From positions 1-15,070 of the forward strand of contig LRSL01000012.1 of NCBI GenBank assembly GCA_001563335.1: a stretch of DNA of 15,070 nt. The letters run 5' to 3'. Positions 1 to 8,789 of this stretch are shown piece by piece (within the stretch, counting starts at the first letter, position 1; the number at the start of each line of letters is the position of its first letter). The notes beneath the pieces are model-generated. The model saw only the letters and a list, made by a program, of their open reading frames with translations. It searched no databases and had not been told where the DNA came from. The stretch comes from Candidatus Thorarchaeota archaeon SMTZ1-45 (lineage in GTDB: Archaea > Asgardarchaeota > Thorarchaeia > Thorarchaeales > Thorarchaeaceae). The position numbers and the translations under genes are program-made.

Positions 1-79
1 AGAGAGCGCCTCCTTTACAGGAGAATTCGGAGATGACATCCACTACTCTCTGCTTAGAAGAAACTGGGGCATGTTTTAG
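1..79 (+). CDS. 3' end of a probable RimJ/RimL-type GNAT N-acetyltransferase (partial, begins left of window)
   Basis: Frame from nt 2 reads ESASFTGEFGDDIHYSLLRRNWGMF* (TAG 77-79), matching the typical G-x-x-x-D-x-x-x-Y-x-LL-x-x-x-W C-terminus of RimJ/RimL acetyltransferases. Only 25 codons are visible. Confidence 0.5.
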   Translation, partial: ESASFTGEFGDDIHYSLLRRNWGMF

Positions 80-108
80 TAGACAGTATACTGAATGTTC
101 ACAGAAAG

Positions 109-214
109 ACAGAGAGGAATATTCTCTCTCTGTAAATTCTGTTTAATACATATGTTTCTCTTGTCCGATTGGTAGATATTCATAGCCGAATATCCCCTGA
201 ATAATGATGATTTG
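109..214 (-). repeat. Cassette-boundary repeat copy 1 (gene-3'-end duplication + hairpin)
   Basis: Hairpin ACAGAGAG(109-116)/CTCTCTGT(126-133). Core 142-210 contains TGTTTCTCTTG at 153. Minus strand reads QIIIIQGIFGYEYLPIGQEKHMY*. About 22/69 mismatches to my hand consensus. Confidence 0.85.
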
Positions 215-376
215 TGGATCGACTCGATTCAGTCCTTCGTTCGGAAACTAGTTAAGGCATGACAGAAAATGTACTGGGAGTATTGCGAGGGAGAAAGAAG
301 ACATTAGCACGCGCCAGTTCTTGAGGTGCAAGAGGAAACCTCGATTACTGCCATCGCAACTGAGGAGAGAGTGTTA

Positions 377-2017
377 ATGCAAAGAAAGGATGGAGTATGT
401 TTCGTAGTCTTATCACTGATGTTCATCCTGGTCCTAGGGAGTGTGCTCACAGTCGCTGACCTTGAAGGTAGTGACTTACAACCAAGTGTGATGGTTTCAG
501 ATCCCGAGAAAGGACAGCTGCAGGTTGCTAACACACCGCACACTTCGATAGTCATCGATGGAGATGCAAATTTCTCGGCCACAGCTCTGCTAGAGGGATG
601 GCCTGGTGATGGCTCATTTGAGAATCCTTATGTCATCGATAAACTGGACATAGACCGCGGTGGTGGCACAGGTCACTGCATATACATCAGCAATACTCGG
701 GTCAACTTCACCATCAGCAACTGCATTCTCACAGGTGCTAATTTATCTACGAACGCTGGTATCTATCTTGAAAATGTCACCTATAGCAAACTGATTGGAA
801 ACATTCTCTACAACAATGCCTTCATCATCTACCTCAAAGACTCTCACTCTGTTTTGATAAAGAACAATACCTGTACAAGTAACAGCCTGAGCATCAAGCT
901 AGAAGCGTCCAATTCCAACACAGTAGTGAATAACAACTGTACTGGCAACAGCGATGGCATCTATCTCAATAATTCGAATTCCAGCACAGTGATGAACAAC
1001 ACCCTCAACAGCAACGACAACTATGGCATCTACCTCGAATATTCATATTCCAACACCGTAGTCAACAACACCTGCACCAGCAGTCCTCTCTATGGCATCG
1101 TCCTCATGGAGTCCAATTCCAACATACTGGCGAATAACACCTGCGCCAACAATGACTATGGTATCTATCTCTATTTTAGTGATCTCAATGTCATTCAGTG
1201 GAACGTCCTAGACCAGAATGGCGGTTCAGGCTGGTGTTCGGGGACTGGCAATGTCTTCGACTATAACTACTGGTCAGACTACTCAGGTACTGATGCAAAC
1301 GGAGATGGTTTTGGTGATGCTCCCCACACGTTCCCTGGTAACTCTGATCCGCATCCATTGATGTATCTTCCATACGCACCTGACTGGCTGCACCTCCCTG
1401 TGGACCAGGTCATTGAGTATGGTAATATATTCGAATATCGTCTCGAGTTCATAGCCACAGCACTGACCGCACCCTATGAGCTGTCTGTAGATGATCATGT
1501 GAACTTCGCGGTGGGCTATGATGACACAATCATAAGTAGAATTCCACTCCCCGTTGGAGTCTACCCACTATGGGTTGTAGCGACTAACATCTACGGATAC
1601 GCGACTGAGGGCACCTTCATGTTAACGGTTGAAGACACGACCCCACCTCTGATAACGAGTCCTGAAGACATCACTCACACACAAGGAGAGGGTTATTATG
1701 AGATAGCTTGGACAATGTCGGATCTAAGCACTATTAGTTTCAGAGTTCTCCTAGACGGAACAGAGCTAACTTCAGGCGGAGTGACTACGACCTCAGTTTA
1801 TTTCACGATGACTCTCGAGGATAAGGACCCTGGCGTCTACAACTATACTATGGTCGCGGAAGATATCTGGGGCAACATAGCTATCGACACGGTCATTGTC
1901 ATGGTACTACCGATTCCGTTCATTGAAGTAATGTTTCCATGGATGGTTGGAGGTGCAGTGATTGTAATATCGATTGTTGTAATAGTCTTCTTTTTAAAAA
2001 GGCGAAAATCCTCGTAA
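377..2017 (+). CDS. Cell-surface protein: NosD/CASH right-handed parallel beta-helix repeats, Ig-like domains, C-terminal TM anchor
   Basis: ORF track 326..2017. ATG 377 is preferred because GAGGAG lies upstream and a signal-like hydrophobic stretch follows. Repeated GIYL-x-x-S-x-x-N-x-x-x-NN motifs, NYWSDY..DANGDGFGD motif, C-terminal hydrophobic helix + KRRKSS. Confidence 0.88.
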   Translation: MQRKDGVCFVVLSLMFILVLGSVLTVADLEGSDLQPSVMVSDPEKGQLQVANTPHTSIVIDGDANFSATALLEGWPGDGSFENPYVIDKLDIDRGGGTGHCIYISNTRVNFTISNCILTGANLSTNAGIYLENVTYSKLIGNILYNNAFIIYLKDSHSVLIKNNTCTSNSLSIKLEASNSNTVVNNNCTGNSDGIYLNNSNSSTVMNNTLNSNDNYGIYLEYSYSNTVVNNTCTSSPLYGIVLMESNSNILANNTCANNDYGIYLYFSDLNVIQWNVLDQNGGSGWCSGTGNVFDYNYWSDYSGTDANGDGFGDAPHTFPGNSDPHPLMYLPYAPDWLHLPVDQVIEYGNIFEYRLEFIATALTAPYELSVDDHVNFAVGYDDTIISRIPLPVGVYPLWVVATNIYGYATEGTFMLTVEDTTPPLITSPEDITHTQGEGYYEIAWTMSDLSTISFRVLLDGTELTSGGVTTTSVYFTMTLEDKDPGVYNYTMVAEDIWGNIAIDTVIVMVLPIPFIEVMFPWMVGGAVIVISIVVIVFFLKRRKSS

Positions 2018-2038
2018 CTGAATCATTCCATAGTGTTT

Positions 2039-2127
2039 CTCTCGATAGAATATTGAATCTACCTCTGTGTGACTTATCTGTACGACTGGTAATCAGGTCT
2101 GAATGTTTCCTGTGCATTGACAAACTG
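2039..2127 (-). repeat. Cassette-boundary repeat copy 2 (decayed)
   Basis: Core 2055-2123 GAATCTACCTCTGTGTGACTTATCTGTACGACTGGTAATCAGGTCTGAATG... aligns without gaps (~22/69 mismatches). Minus strand FVNAQETFRPDYQSYR*VTQR* has an internal stop. Only the CTCTC arm of the hairpin remains. Confidence 0.75.
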
Positions 2128-2298
2128 GGTGGTTCCATCCATAAGAAATGATGAGAAGCAAATCCATCTGCCTATTTACTCATTTTGTGACAAGATTGAA
2201 GTAGAGGTTGAAGTATCTTCATTATGGGACCATAATTTCCATGATAGATGTTATTCCAAAGTATCTGAGATGAGAGTCCTAATAGGTGGTTGTAAATT

Positions 2299-3312
2299 AT
2301 GAAGATCGAAGAAATAAGGAGAACTCATGAGAAGCGTCTGCTGAGAATCGCTAATGTAGTAGGAGTGATGATCGGATACAAGGTAACAGCGGGTGAAAAG
2401 ACCGATAAATTAAGCATTATTTGTCTAGTAGAGAAGAAAGTCAAGGAAAAGGACTTGAAAAAGCAAGACATCATCCCCGCCGAAATAGACGAAGAACTCA
2501 TTGATGTGATTCAGGTAGGGAAATTGAGGGCTTTTCAAATAGATAAAAAGACTCGACACAGACCTTGCCCAATGGGTACATCAGGAGGTCACTATCTAAT
2601 AACTGCAGGCACGAATGGGGAGTTGCTCAGAGATAAGAGAACAGGCAAGACTTGCATAGGGACCAATAATCATGTTGGAGCAAACTCAAATAATGCTCAG
2701 ATTGGAGATCCCTATCTTCAGCCTGCAGCTTATGATGGCGGTACTGTTCAAAACGACACAATAGGACATCTCTTGAGATTCATCCCAATAAGCTTCGGTT
2801 TGGACCAGAGCGAATGTGCGGCAGCAAGGTTCTGGAGCGGGATTTATAATATTCCTGCAAGGGCATTTGGAAGGATGACAAGGCTGCAACCAGTGGTTGC
2901 GTACCCTGAGTATAATCTAGTTGACGCAGCCATGATTGAAGTAGCTGAGAGTGATGTTTCAAGTAATATCGTAGAACTTGGAGTCCCACGAGGCGTCAGA
3001 CAGCCTCAATTAGATATGCTTGTACAGAAGTCGGGAAGAACATCATGTCACACAATTGACGGAGTAATAACTGGTATAGATGCTACGCTAGGTCCTATCG
3101 ACTATGGAGGGAGATACGCGTATTTCAGAGATCAGATAGTCATAAGCAAGGAGGGTTTCAGTGCTGGGGGTGACTCAGGAAGCCTGATCCTAGACAACGA
3201 GGGATATGCTGTGGGCAAGCTCTTCGCAGGTAGTGAGGAGCAGAATATTACAATAGCAAACTCAGTGCAGACCTATCTGGACATGCTTGACGCAGAATTA
3301 ATCACTGAATGA
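2299..3312 (+). CDS. Trypsin-like (PA clan, Nal1-like) serine protease with N-terminal prodomain-like region
   Basis: Catalytic triad motifs TNNHV (His), VDAA (Asp), GGDSGS (Ser); KSGRTS motif typical of this group; GGTGG upstream of ATG. Confidence 0.85.
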   Translation: MKIEEIRRTHEKRLLRIANVVGVMIGYKVTAGEKTDKLSIICLVEKKVKEKDLKKQDIIPAEIDEELIDVIQVGKLRAFQIDKKTRHRPCPMGTSGGHYLITAGTNGELLRDKRTGKTCIGTNNHVGANSNNAQIGDPYLQPAAYDGGTVQNDTIGHLLRFIPISFGLDQSECAAARFWSGIYNIPARAFGRMTRLQPVVAYPEYNLVDAAMIEVAESDVSSNIVELGVPRGVRQPQLDMLVQKSGRTSCHTIDGVITGIDATLGPIDYGGRYAYFRDQIVISKEGFSAGGDSGSLILDNEGYAVGKLFAGSEEQNITIANSVQTYLDMLDAELITE

Positions 3313-3321
3313 GGTCGCTCA

Positions 3322-3573
3322 ATGGTCACGTTAGAACAAGTGAAACGGGTAAAGGCTGAATATGAAGAGGAACTCATGAAAAAGTCCGGAGTTGTAGGTG
3401 TAGCAATTGGTCACAAGCACATCAATGGTGGAAAGACCAAGCAGCTCTGCATAATCTGCTATGTTATAGAAAAGAAACGAATAGGAGAACTTGAAGAACA
3501 CGATATCATCCCGGAGGAGATTGAAGGAGTTCCAATAGACGTTGTTGAGTCAGGAACGATTCGAGCTTTGTGA
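3322..3573 (+). CDS. Small protein homologous to the N-terminal ~80 aa of the upstream protease
   Basis: VVGVAIGHK..GGKTKQLCIICYV.EKK...DIIPEEIEGVPIDVVESGTIRAL aligns with protease VVGVMIGYK..GEKTDKLSIICLVEKK...DIIPAEIDEELIDVIQVGKLRAF. 9-nt gap with GAGGT RBS. Confidence 0.85.
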   Translation: MVTLEQVKRVKAEYEEELMKKSGVVGVAIGHKHINGGKTKQLCIICYVIEKKRIGELEEHDIIPEEIEGVPIDVVESGTIRAL

Positions 3574-3623
3574 AAGGAGGGGGATAGGTCGTACAGTCCC
3601 TGATTTAGGGAAGGTACTGAGGA

Positions 3624-3720
3624 GAGAGGAAGATCCTCTCAATTGAACATTGAAACAACATCTGTTTCTCTTGCTTGTACGGCAGACAGTCAGAGATAAT
3701 GATCTCACGAGCCATGACTA
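3624..3720 (-). repeat. Cassette-boundary repeat copy 3
   Basis: Hairpin GAGAGGA-AGA-TCCTCTC (3624-3640). Core 3652-3720. Minus strand IVMAREIIISDCLPYKQEKQML (stop TAG mutated to TTG). ~12/69 mismatches. Confidence 0.92.
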
Positions 3721-4287
3721 TGAATGAATTGCATTCCACGCAATCTCACATGCCTTCTCAATATTATTCTCATCCATCTTGACTATCCCCGCATAATGGA
3801 AATTCAGAAGGGTGATGATGGGGAAATAGGCAAATGCAGTCAAGATTGGTGGAGGTAGAGCTTTGATTGTCATCTCATTGATGCCCCGCTTGAGTAGACG
3901 GTCGACTGTCTGGAAAAGCTCGAAGTCCTCTGCCCTGATGTTCCTCATCATTGTTGTCCGTTCAAACTGCTCTCGATAGGCGAGATACTCTGGATGCCTG
4001 AGGTTGTATGTGAAAGAGTGATGCCAGATGGACTTGAATGCCTCTTCTGTTGTCATTCCTTCCTCAAATCCCTCCAATGCACCCCGACTCATCTTTTCCC
4101 GAATATCGATATAGAGCTTGGTGAAGAGGTCCTCCTTATTGTCGAAATAAATGTAGATAGTTGCTGGTGAAACCTTCGCCTTCTTCGCAATCTTTGAGAT
4201 AGAGATTCCATCAAAGCCTAGATCATTAATCAGGTTGATAGAAGCATCAACAATCGAATCATATTTTGCTTGGTCGCGTGTTCTCAT
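3718..4287 (-). CDS. TetR/AcrR family transcriptional regulator
   Basis: N-terminal HTH GFDGISISKIAKKAKVSPATIYIYFDNKEDL; 189 aa; divergent from the MBL gene. Confidence 0.95.
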   Translation of the reverse strand: MRTRDQAKYDSIVDASINLINDLGFDGISISKIAKKAKVSPATIYIYFDNKEDLFTKLYIDIREKMSRGALEGFEEGMTTEEAFKSIWHHSFTYNLRHPEYLAYREQFERTTMMRNIRAEDFELFQTVDRLLKRGINEMTIKALPPPILTAFAYFPIITLLNFHYAGIVKMDENNIEKACEIAWNAIHS

Positions 4288-4319
4288 GGCGAGTTATTGC
4301 ATGGCACGAAAGATATATA

Positions 4320-4363
4320 AATGAATGGTCATTCACTTTATTATTAGTGAATGAACGTTCACT
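4320..4363. promoter_or_regulatory. Two palindromic TetR operator candidates in the divergent promoter
   Basis: AATGAATG-GT-CATTCACT (4320-4337) and AGTGAATG-AA-CGTTCACT (4346-4363), 26 bp apart, adjacent to TATA-like ATATATAA (4313-4320) and TTTATTAT (4337-4344). Confidence 0.75.
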
Positions 4364-4378
4364 TATGAGAGTGTAAAC

Positions 4379-5056
4379 ATGACCGACACTTACATCACCA
4401 GGATTGAGTCCGGTGGAGTCAATTGTTACCTGCTTAAGGTGAAAGACGGATTTGTTCTCATTGACACCGGTTATGCAAATTATCGCGATATCATTGATGC
4501 GGCTCTAGCTAAGGCTGGGTGTAATACCCTCAACCTCATAATACTCACACATGGTGACTTCGACCATGTGGGTAACTGCGTCTATCTAAGAAGGAAGTTC
4601 GGTTGCAAAGTGGGAATGCATGCTGATGATGTAGGTATGGTCGAGAAAGGGGATATGTTCTGGAATAGAGATATGGGTCGGGTAAAGCGAACCATTGGGA
4701 GACTTTTCACTCTCATCATGCGAATTAGGCTTGATGAGGTAGACATGTTCTCACCAGACATCTTGCTGAAGGATGGACAGAGTCTTACTGAGTTTGGATT
4801 CGATGCAACTGTACATCATCTCCCAGGGCATTCCAAGGGCTCCATTGGACTTCTGACTGCAGATGGTGACCTCTTCTGTGGTGATGTCTTCACCAATGTG
4901 TCAATGCCAAAGGGATCCGACTTACTTTCGAATCGCAATGAATACATCAAGAGTCTAGAGAGAATACAGAGGCTCGATATCCAGACTGTTTATCCTGGCC
5001 ATGGTCAACCTTTCTCCAGAAGCGCATTCTCAAATATCTTTCAGGAGGTTTTTTGA
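4379..5056 (+). CDS. MBL-fold metallo-hydrolase
   Basis: LIDTG, THGDFDHVG (HxHxDH variant), PGHSKGS, LFCGD, YPGHG motifs. Confidence 0.93.
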   Translation: MTDTYITRIESGGVNCYLLKVKDGFVLIDTGYANYRDIIDAALAKAGCNTLNLIILTHGDFDHVGNCVYLRRKFGCKVGMHADDVGMVEKGDMFWNRDMGRVKRTIGRLFTLIMRIRLDEVDMFSPDILLKDGQSLTEFGFDATVHHLPGHSKGSIGLLTADGDLFCGDVFTNVSMPKGSDLLSNRNEYIKSLERIQRLDIQTVYPGHGQPFSRSAFSNIFQEVF

Positions 5057-5059
5057 TAT

Positions 5060-5644
5060 TTGACAAATTCGAATAGCGAAACAAGGAAATCTGAACACAA
5101 TCAGAGAAACCAACAATTGCGTCGCATTGCACTTGCGAGTTTTATATTCTTGATATGCGCCGCGACGCTAGTAATCATCCTGTTGCAGATGTCAGGATAC
5201 GCTGGGACAATGGAGGACACTCAGCTTGGATTCAATGCTGAGGTCATCAGAAACTACTTCTCTCTCATGAGCCAAACAGATATGGGACTCTTCATTGCTG
5301 CAAATCTTGCAGACTATCTCTTCATGTTGTTCTACGGCATCTTCTTTTTCAGTGCCGCCAGACTCATTTCATGGAACTATAAGAGAGGTCTCCCAAAGAG
5401 GATTGGTCTATCGCTTGCATGGGTAGGTGTCATAGCTGCTTTTCTAGACGGGATTGAGAATGTGTTCCTGCTCTCGATGACTGCTGACCCAATTGGGTTC
5501 GCTGGATGGCTCGCGATTGCTCACTCAAGCTTTGCCCTTGCTAAGTTTCTCTTCATGTATGTGGCAATGGCTTGGACCATGGTGGGTTTTGTGATGAACA
5601 GGACCCCTCTATCTACACATCTGATGGCAAGTCAGCTTGTTTGA
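5060..5644 (+). CDS. Hypothetical membrane protein (~4 TM helices)
   Basis: Starts 3 nt after the MBL stop; four hydrophobic segments; DYLF..FY and AFLDGIEN motifs. Start codon (TTG) uncertain. Confidence 0.75.
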   Translation: MTNSNSETRKSEHNQRNQQLRRIALASFIFLICAATLVIILLQMSGYAGTMEDTQLGFNAEVIRNYFSLMSQTDMGLFIAANLADYLFMLFYGIFFFSAARLISWNYKRGLPKRIGLSLAWVGVIAAFLDGIENVFLLSMTADPIGFAGWLAIAHSSFALAKFLFMYVAMAWTMVGFVMNRTPLSTHLMASQLV

Positions 5645-5659
5645 GATGAAAAGAATATT

Positions 5660-5762
5660 GAGGGAGCTTGAAGCTCCCTCTGTGAATATAGACTCAGAAT
5701 TGTTTCTCTTGTCCGTATAGTATATAGTCAGATCCGAAAATCACCCGCGCCATGACAATCTG
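5660..5762 (-). repeat. Cassette-boundary repeat copy 4
   Basis: Perfect IR GAGGGAGCTT-G-AAGCTCCCTC (5660-5680). Core 5690-5758. Minus strand QIVMARVIFGSDYILYGQEKQF* with TGA at the position where other copies have TAG. Confidence 0.92.
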
Positions 5763-5853
5763 TGTCACTTATTTTAGGAATAATCAAAGAGGTATGACAA
5801 ACTCAAGAGTTGGATTAAGGACATCTTGAATTCCACAAGCACAAAAATACCAA

Positions 5854-6465
5854 TTATTTGCTCAAGAATGCCATCACCCTTTCAATCAGATAACATGGTG
5901 TCCTACTCAATGTCTTGCTAATATTTCCTTTTGATGTCTTCATTACTTTTGCAATCTCGGAAACACGCTTCTTTTCCCATATGTAATAATAACAGTGCTC
6001 ACGCTGAGTTGTGCTTAGACCAAGTAAAGTCGTGAAAAACAGAATGGAATTTATCACAGCATTGTTCTTGCTGTCTGAGGCATTCTCGTCTAGCTTAAAA
6101 CCAGCCGACCTCTTCATGTATTTCATATTCTTTATCTCATCTAAAGCCTCTCTTGCGTTCCAGAAGGCCGGTCCATCACACTCATCAGCCTTTTCTTTGT
6201 ATATCATAATCTCTCCTGTTCCAAGTCCCACACGAAACTCCAACTCCTCGATCAGAAGCTTGTGGAATAGGAACACAATTGGATGCCAACTATTCACCAA
6301 CAGCTCCATGCTGTCACCTTGGGTCAAGACTGGGATAGCCACACAGTGCTCTCTGTAACGATTGTGTGTCAGGTCTAGTAAACCTTGTAACTTTTCGTAC
6401 AAATTCCTCCGCTCACGAGTATCGACATCTCTCGACGCTACGATATCAACGATGACCGCAATCAT
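5854..6465 (-). CDS. SatD family protein with C-terminal HTH
   Basis: DIVASR, TQGDS, FRVGLGTG, DGPAFWNAREALD motifs of the SatD family; C-terminal VSEIAKVMKTSKGNISKTL HTH. ATG 6465 with GGTGAG RBS preferred over TTG 6480. Confidence 0.85.
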   Translation of the reverse strand: MIAVIVDIVASRDVDTRERRNLYEKLQGLLDLTHNRYREHCVAIPVLTQGDSMELLVNSWHPIVFLFHKLLIEELEFRVGLGTGEIMIYKEKADECDGPAFWNAREALDEIKNMKYMKRSAGFKLDENASDSKNNAVINSILFFTTLLGLSTTQREHCYYYIWEKKRVSEIAKVMKTSKGNISKTLSRTPCYLIERVMAFLSK

Positions 6466-6472
6466 CGCTTTC

Positions 6473-6939
6473 TCACCCAACCAACAGAAATCTGAAGATT
6501 CCCCACGCCAATGCCAAAGCCATAGTAATACTCATGAGTGTACCTAGAATATACCAATCTGCACATGCACGATTATTGGTTTCTTTGCTCGAGTACCGGA
6601 AAATGGCTTTGCCAGCAACAATGACTGACAGAAAACTGAGAATTGCTGTATATGACAAGGCAGTGTCAAAATAAGCTATTACAATTGCTAAATATATCAG
6701 ACTCCTCTCTGTATATCCTATTAACATTTTAAGGCAATGTCTTCTTCAAGCCCTCTTCCCAACCAACCAAAAACCAAGTCAATTATCAAACCAGGCATAA
6801 ACAGAGTCAATAGATAACTAAAAAGAATAGTGAAGAATTCTGTATCTACTACAAGCATTGGAAATGCAGCAATTAGATACAGCGCTATACTACTTATGAT
6901 TGATATTAGTAAACCAAGAATCCGTTGAACGATCTTCAT
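6473..6939 (-). pseudogene. Frameshifted membrane protein (DUF3307-like SatD partner), split into 6721..6939 and 6473..6727
   Basis: Two overlapping hydrophobic ORFs. The second carries IGYTERSLI ... KAIFRY ... WYILGTLMS, typical of the C-terminal half of SatD-associated membrane proteins. Frame break at ...GCCTTAAAATGTTAATAGGA (~6728). Confidence 0.65.
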
Positions 6940-6988
6940 ATGAGCACCACATAATCATGTTAAATCCATATTGCCTTGCTCTGTAATA

Positions 6989-7067
6989 AGTTTACCTTTT
7001 TTATTAACAATATATTATGTTAATCATATAAGGAAACATAAATTAATGTTAACCTATATAGTTACAA
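6989..7067. promoter_or_regulatory. Three tandem 29-bp-spaced imperfect palindromes TGTTAA-N9-TTAACA upstream of the SatD operon
   Basis: AGTTTA-CCTTTTTTA-TTAACA (6989), TGTTAA-TCATATAAG-GAAACA (7018), TGTTAA-CCTATATAG-TTACAA (7047). AT-rich background lowers certainty. Confidence 0.5.
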
Positions 7068-7104
7068 ATAGGACTGACTAATGATTCGCCTTATCCTGGT
7101 GTAA

Positions 7105-7207
7105 AAGGGGGAGGAAGACCCTCTCTTGAAGAATATTAGAAACTACATCTGTTTCTCTTGCCTGTATGGCAGAAAGTCGGGTCCGAAAATCTCGCTTGTC
7201 ATGTAAG
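7105..7207 (-). repeat. Cassette-boundary repeat copy 5
   Basis: Imperfect hairpin AAGGGGGAGG-AAGA-CCCTCTCTT (7105-7127). Core 7139-7207. Minus strand MTSEIFGPDFLPYRQEKQM* (TAG 7143-7145). Confidence 0.95.
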
Positions 7208-7345
7208 AATGATTAGTTGTTAGAAGGCTCTAATGTTTGTGTTGCGACACAAGTCTACCTCAAGTTCGATTAAAATATATATCATTAATACTCAAGTTGG
7301 GTCATACTGTCGAATGTCAAACAGTCAAAATGAGCTGAAAAAAGT

Positions 7346-8569
7346 ATGAATCAAAGTAGGAAGATCATTCTTGGAGTAATCTTGATCGGAATTGTTGCCT
7401 TTGCGAGCATTGGGATTGTGCTTTTCCTAGATCATCCAATTACGCTTGATTCCAAGATTCAGCAATTAATGGACGATGGTGATATCCCTTCTTTTGCAGC
7501 CGGTATTGTCATTAATGACACCTTAGTCTGGTCAAAAGGTTACGGTGATCAACCAAGCTTAGATACAGTCTATATGATTGGATCGGTAACTAAAATCTTT
7601 ACAGCAACCGCCATTATGCAACTCTATGATGATGGTACGCTTGACCTTGACGCAGATGTTAACGATTACATCCCTTTTAGCGTTCGGCATCCTATGTATC
7701 CAAGCACTCCAATAACACCCCGTTTGCTCTTGACCCATAAGTCAGGAATCGCAAGTGATGTTTCAAACCAGACCCTCTGGGACTTCGATACAGTCATGAT
7801 TACCTGGGCAAATGATAACTTAGGCGCTGGTCTTCCCTTATGGTCATCACGTCCTACACTAGCAGAATTCTTGAATGGCTCTCTAAACCCTGGTGGTCCT
7901 TATTATTCACCAGAAAATTGGGTTTCACAACCTGGGGGACCAATAAGGCACTACTCTAACACAGGATTTCTTCTACTTGCATATATCGTAGAACAACTCA
8001 CGAACACATCATATATGGAGTACCTGCAGGAGAATGTCTTGGAACCATTGGATATGACTAACACAGGGTTCAACTACACTGATTTTGTGGGTAGAAATGC
8101 CATCCCATACGCATTCAGAGATGGTCAAAACTCTGTGTATCCTCATTATAACCAGTATAACTATGGTGGCGGGGCTGTAAGAACTACAGTCCCAGACTTG
8201 GCTAATCTCCTAATTGCTCACATGAACCAAGGGCACTATGATGACTCACAGATTCTTTCACCTCAAACTATTGATCTGATGCAAACATCGCAATTCAGCA
8301 TGTCTGGTGTCGAGTTTGGCGGTTTTACATACGTTGGACAGGGTCTGGGATGGTTTCTCTTCACGAATAATACTATAGCACATGGTGGGGCAACACCCGG
8401 TTTTCTAGCACAAATCGCATTTAAAACAGTCAGCAACGGCAAATATGGAATTCTGTTCATGGTCAATAGGGGTGCTAGCTTGGTAGAAGACAATTATCTG
8501 GTAAACACCTTCTTCCCATCTATGATTAGCACACTCTTCGATGAAGCTGCTCGATTGTTCAATATGTAG
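7346..8569 (+). CDS. Serine hydrolase, beta-lactamase/PBP-like family, N-terminal membrane anchor or signal peptide
   Basis: SxxK (IGSVTK), LLLTHKSG, YSN, HGG motifs; hydrophobic N-terminus. Confidence 0.93.
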   Translation: MNQSRKIILGVILIGIVAFASIGIVLFLDHPITLDSKIQQLMDDGDIPSFAAGIVINDTLVWSKGYGDQPSLDTVYMIGSVTKIFTATAIMQLYDDGTLDLDADVNDYIPFSVRHPMYPSTPITPRLLLTHKSGIASDVSNQTLWDFDTVMITWANDNLGAGLPLWSSRPTLAEFLNGSLNPGGPYYSPENWVSQPGGPIRHYSNTGFLLLAYIVEQLTNTSYMEYLQENVLEPLDMTNTGFNYTDFVGRNAIPYAFRDGQNSVYPHYNQYNYGGGAVRTTVPDLANLLIAHMNQGHYDDSQILSPQTIDLMQTSQFSMSGVEFGGFTYVGQGLGWFLFTNNTIAHGGATPGFLAQIAFKTVSNGKYGILFMVNRGASLVEDNYLVNTFFPSMISTLFDEAARLFNM

Positions 8570-8633
8570 TGTGTGAAAATCCCCAAAGTGAAATGCAAAC
8601 TAGGATTGTACCTTGCGTGAGACAAAAAAGAAA

Positions 8634-8737
8634 GGGGAGAGGAGAACCCTCTCTCCATTTGAAACTTGAAACTACGATTGTTTCTCTTGACTTTGCAGCA
8701 GATAATCAGGTCCAAAGATCTTTTGTGATTCGACGAT
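8634..8737 (-). repeat. Cassette-boundary repeat copy 6
   Basis: Hairpin GGGGAGAGG-AGAAC-CCTCTCTCC (8634-8656) preceded by an A-run (U-tract on minus strand). Core 8668-8736. Minus strand IVESQKIFGPDYLLQSQEKQS*. Confidence 0.92.
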
Positions 8738-8789
8738 GCAAAGACTCATTTTCAACTCAAGAAATAAGTGAAGCTTGGAAAGAAAGTAC

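Noticed and set aside
1920-2302. Short ORFs 1920..2138(-), 1939..2151(+), 2117..2302(+)
   Set aside because: They overlap a real gene end and repeat copy 2 and have no recognisable motifs.
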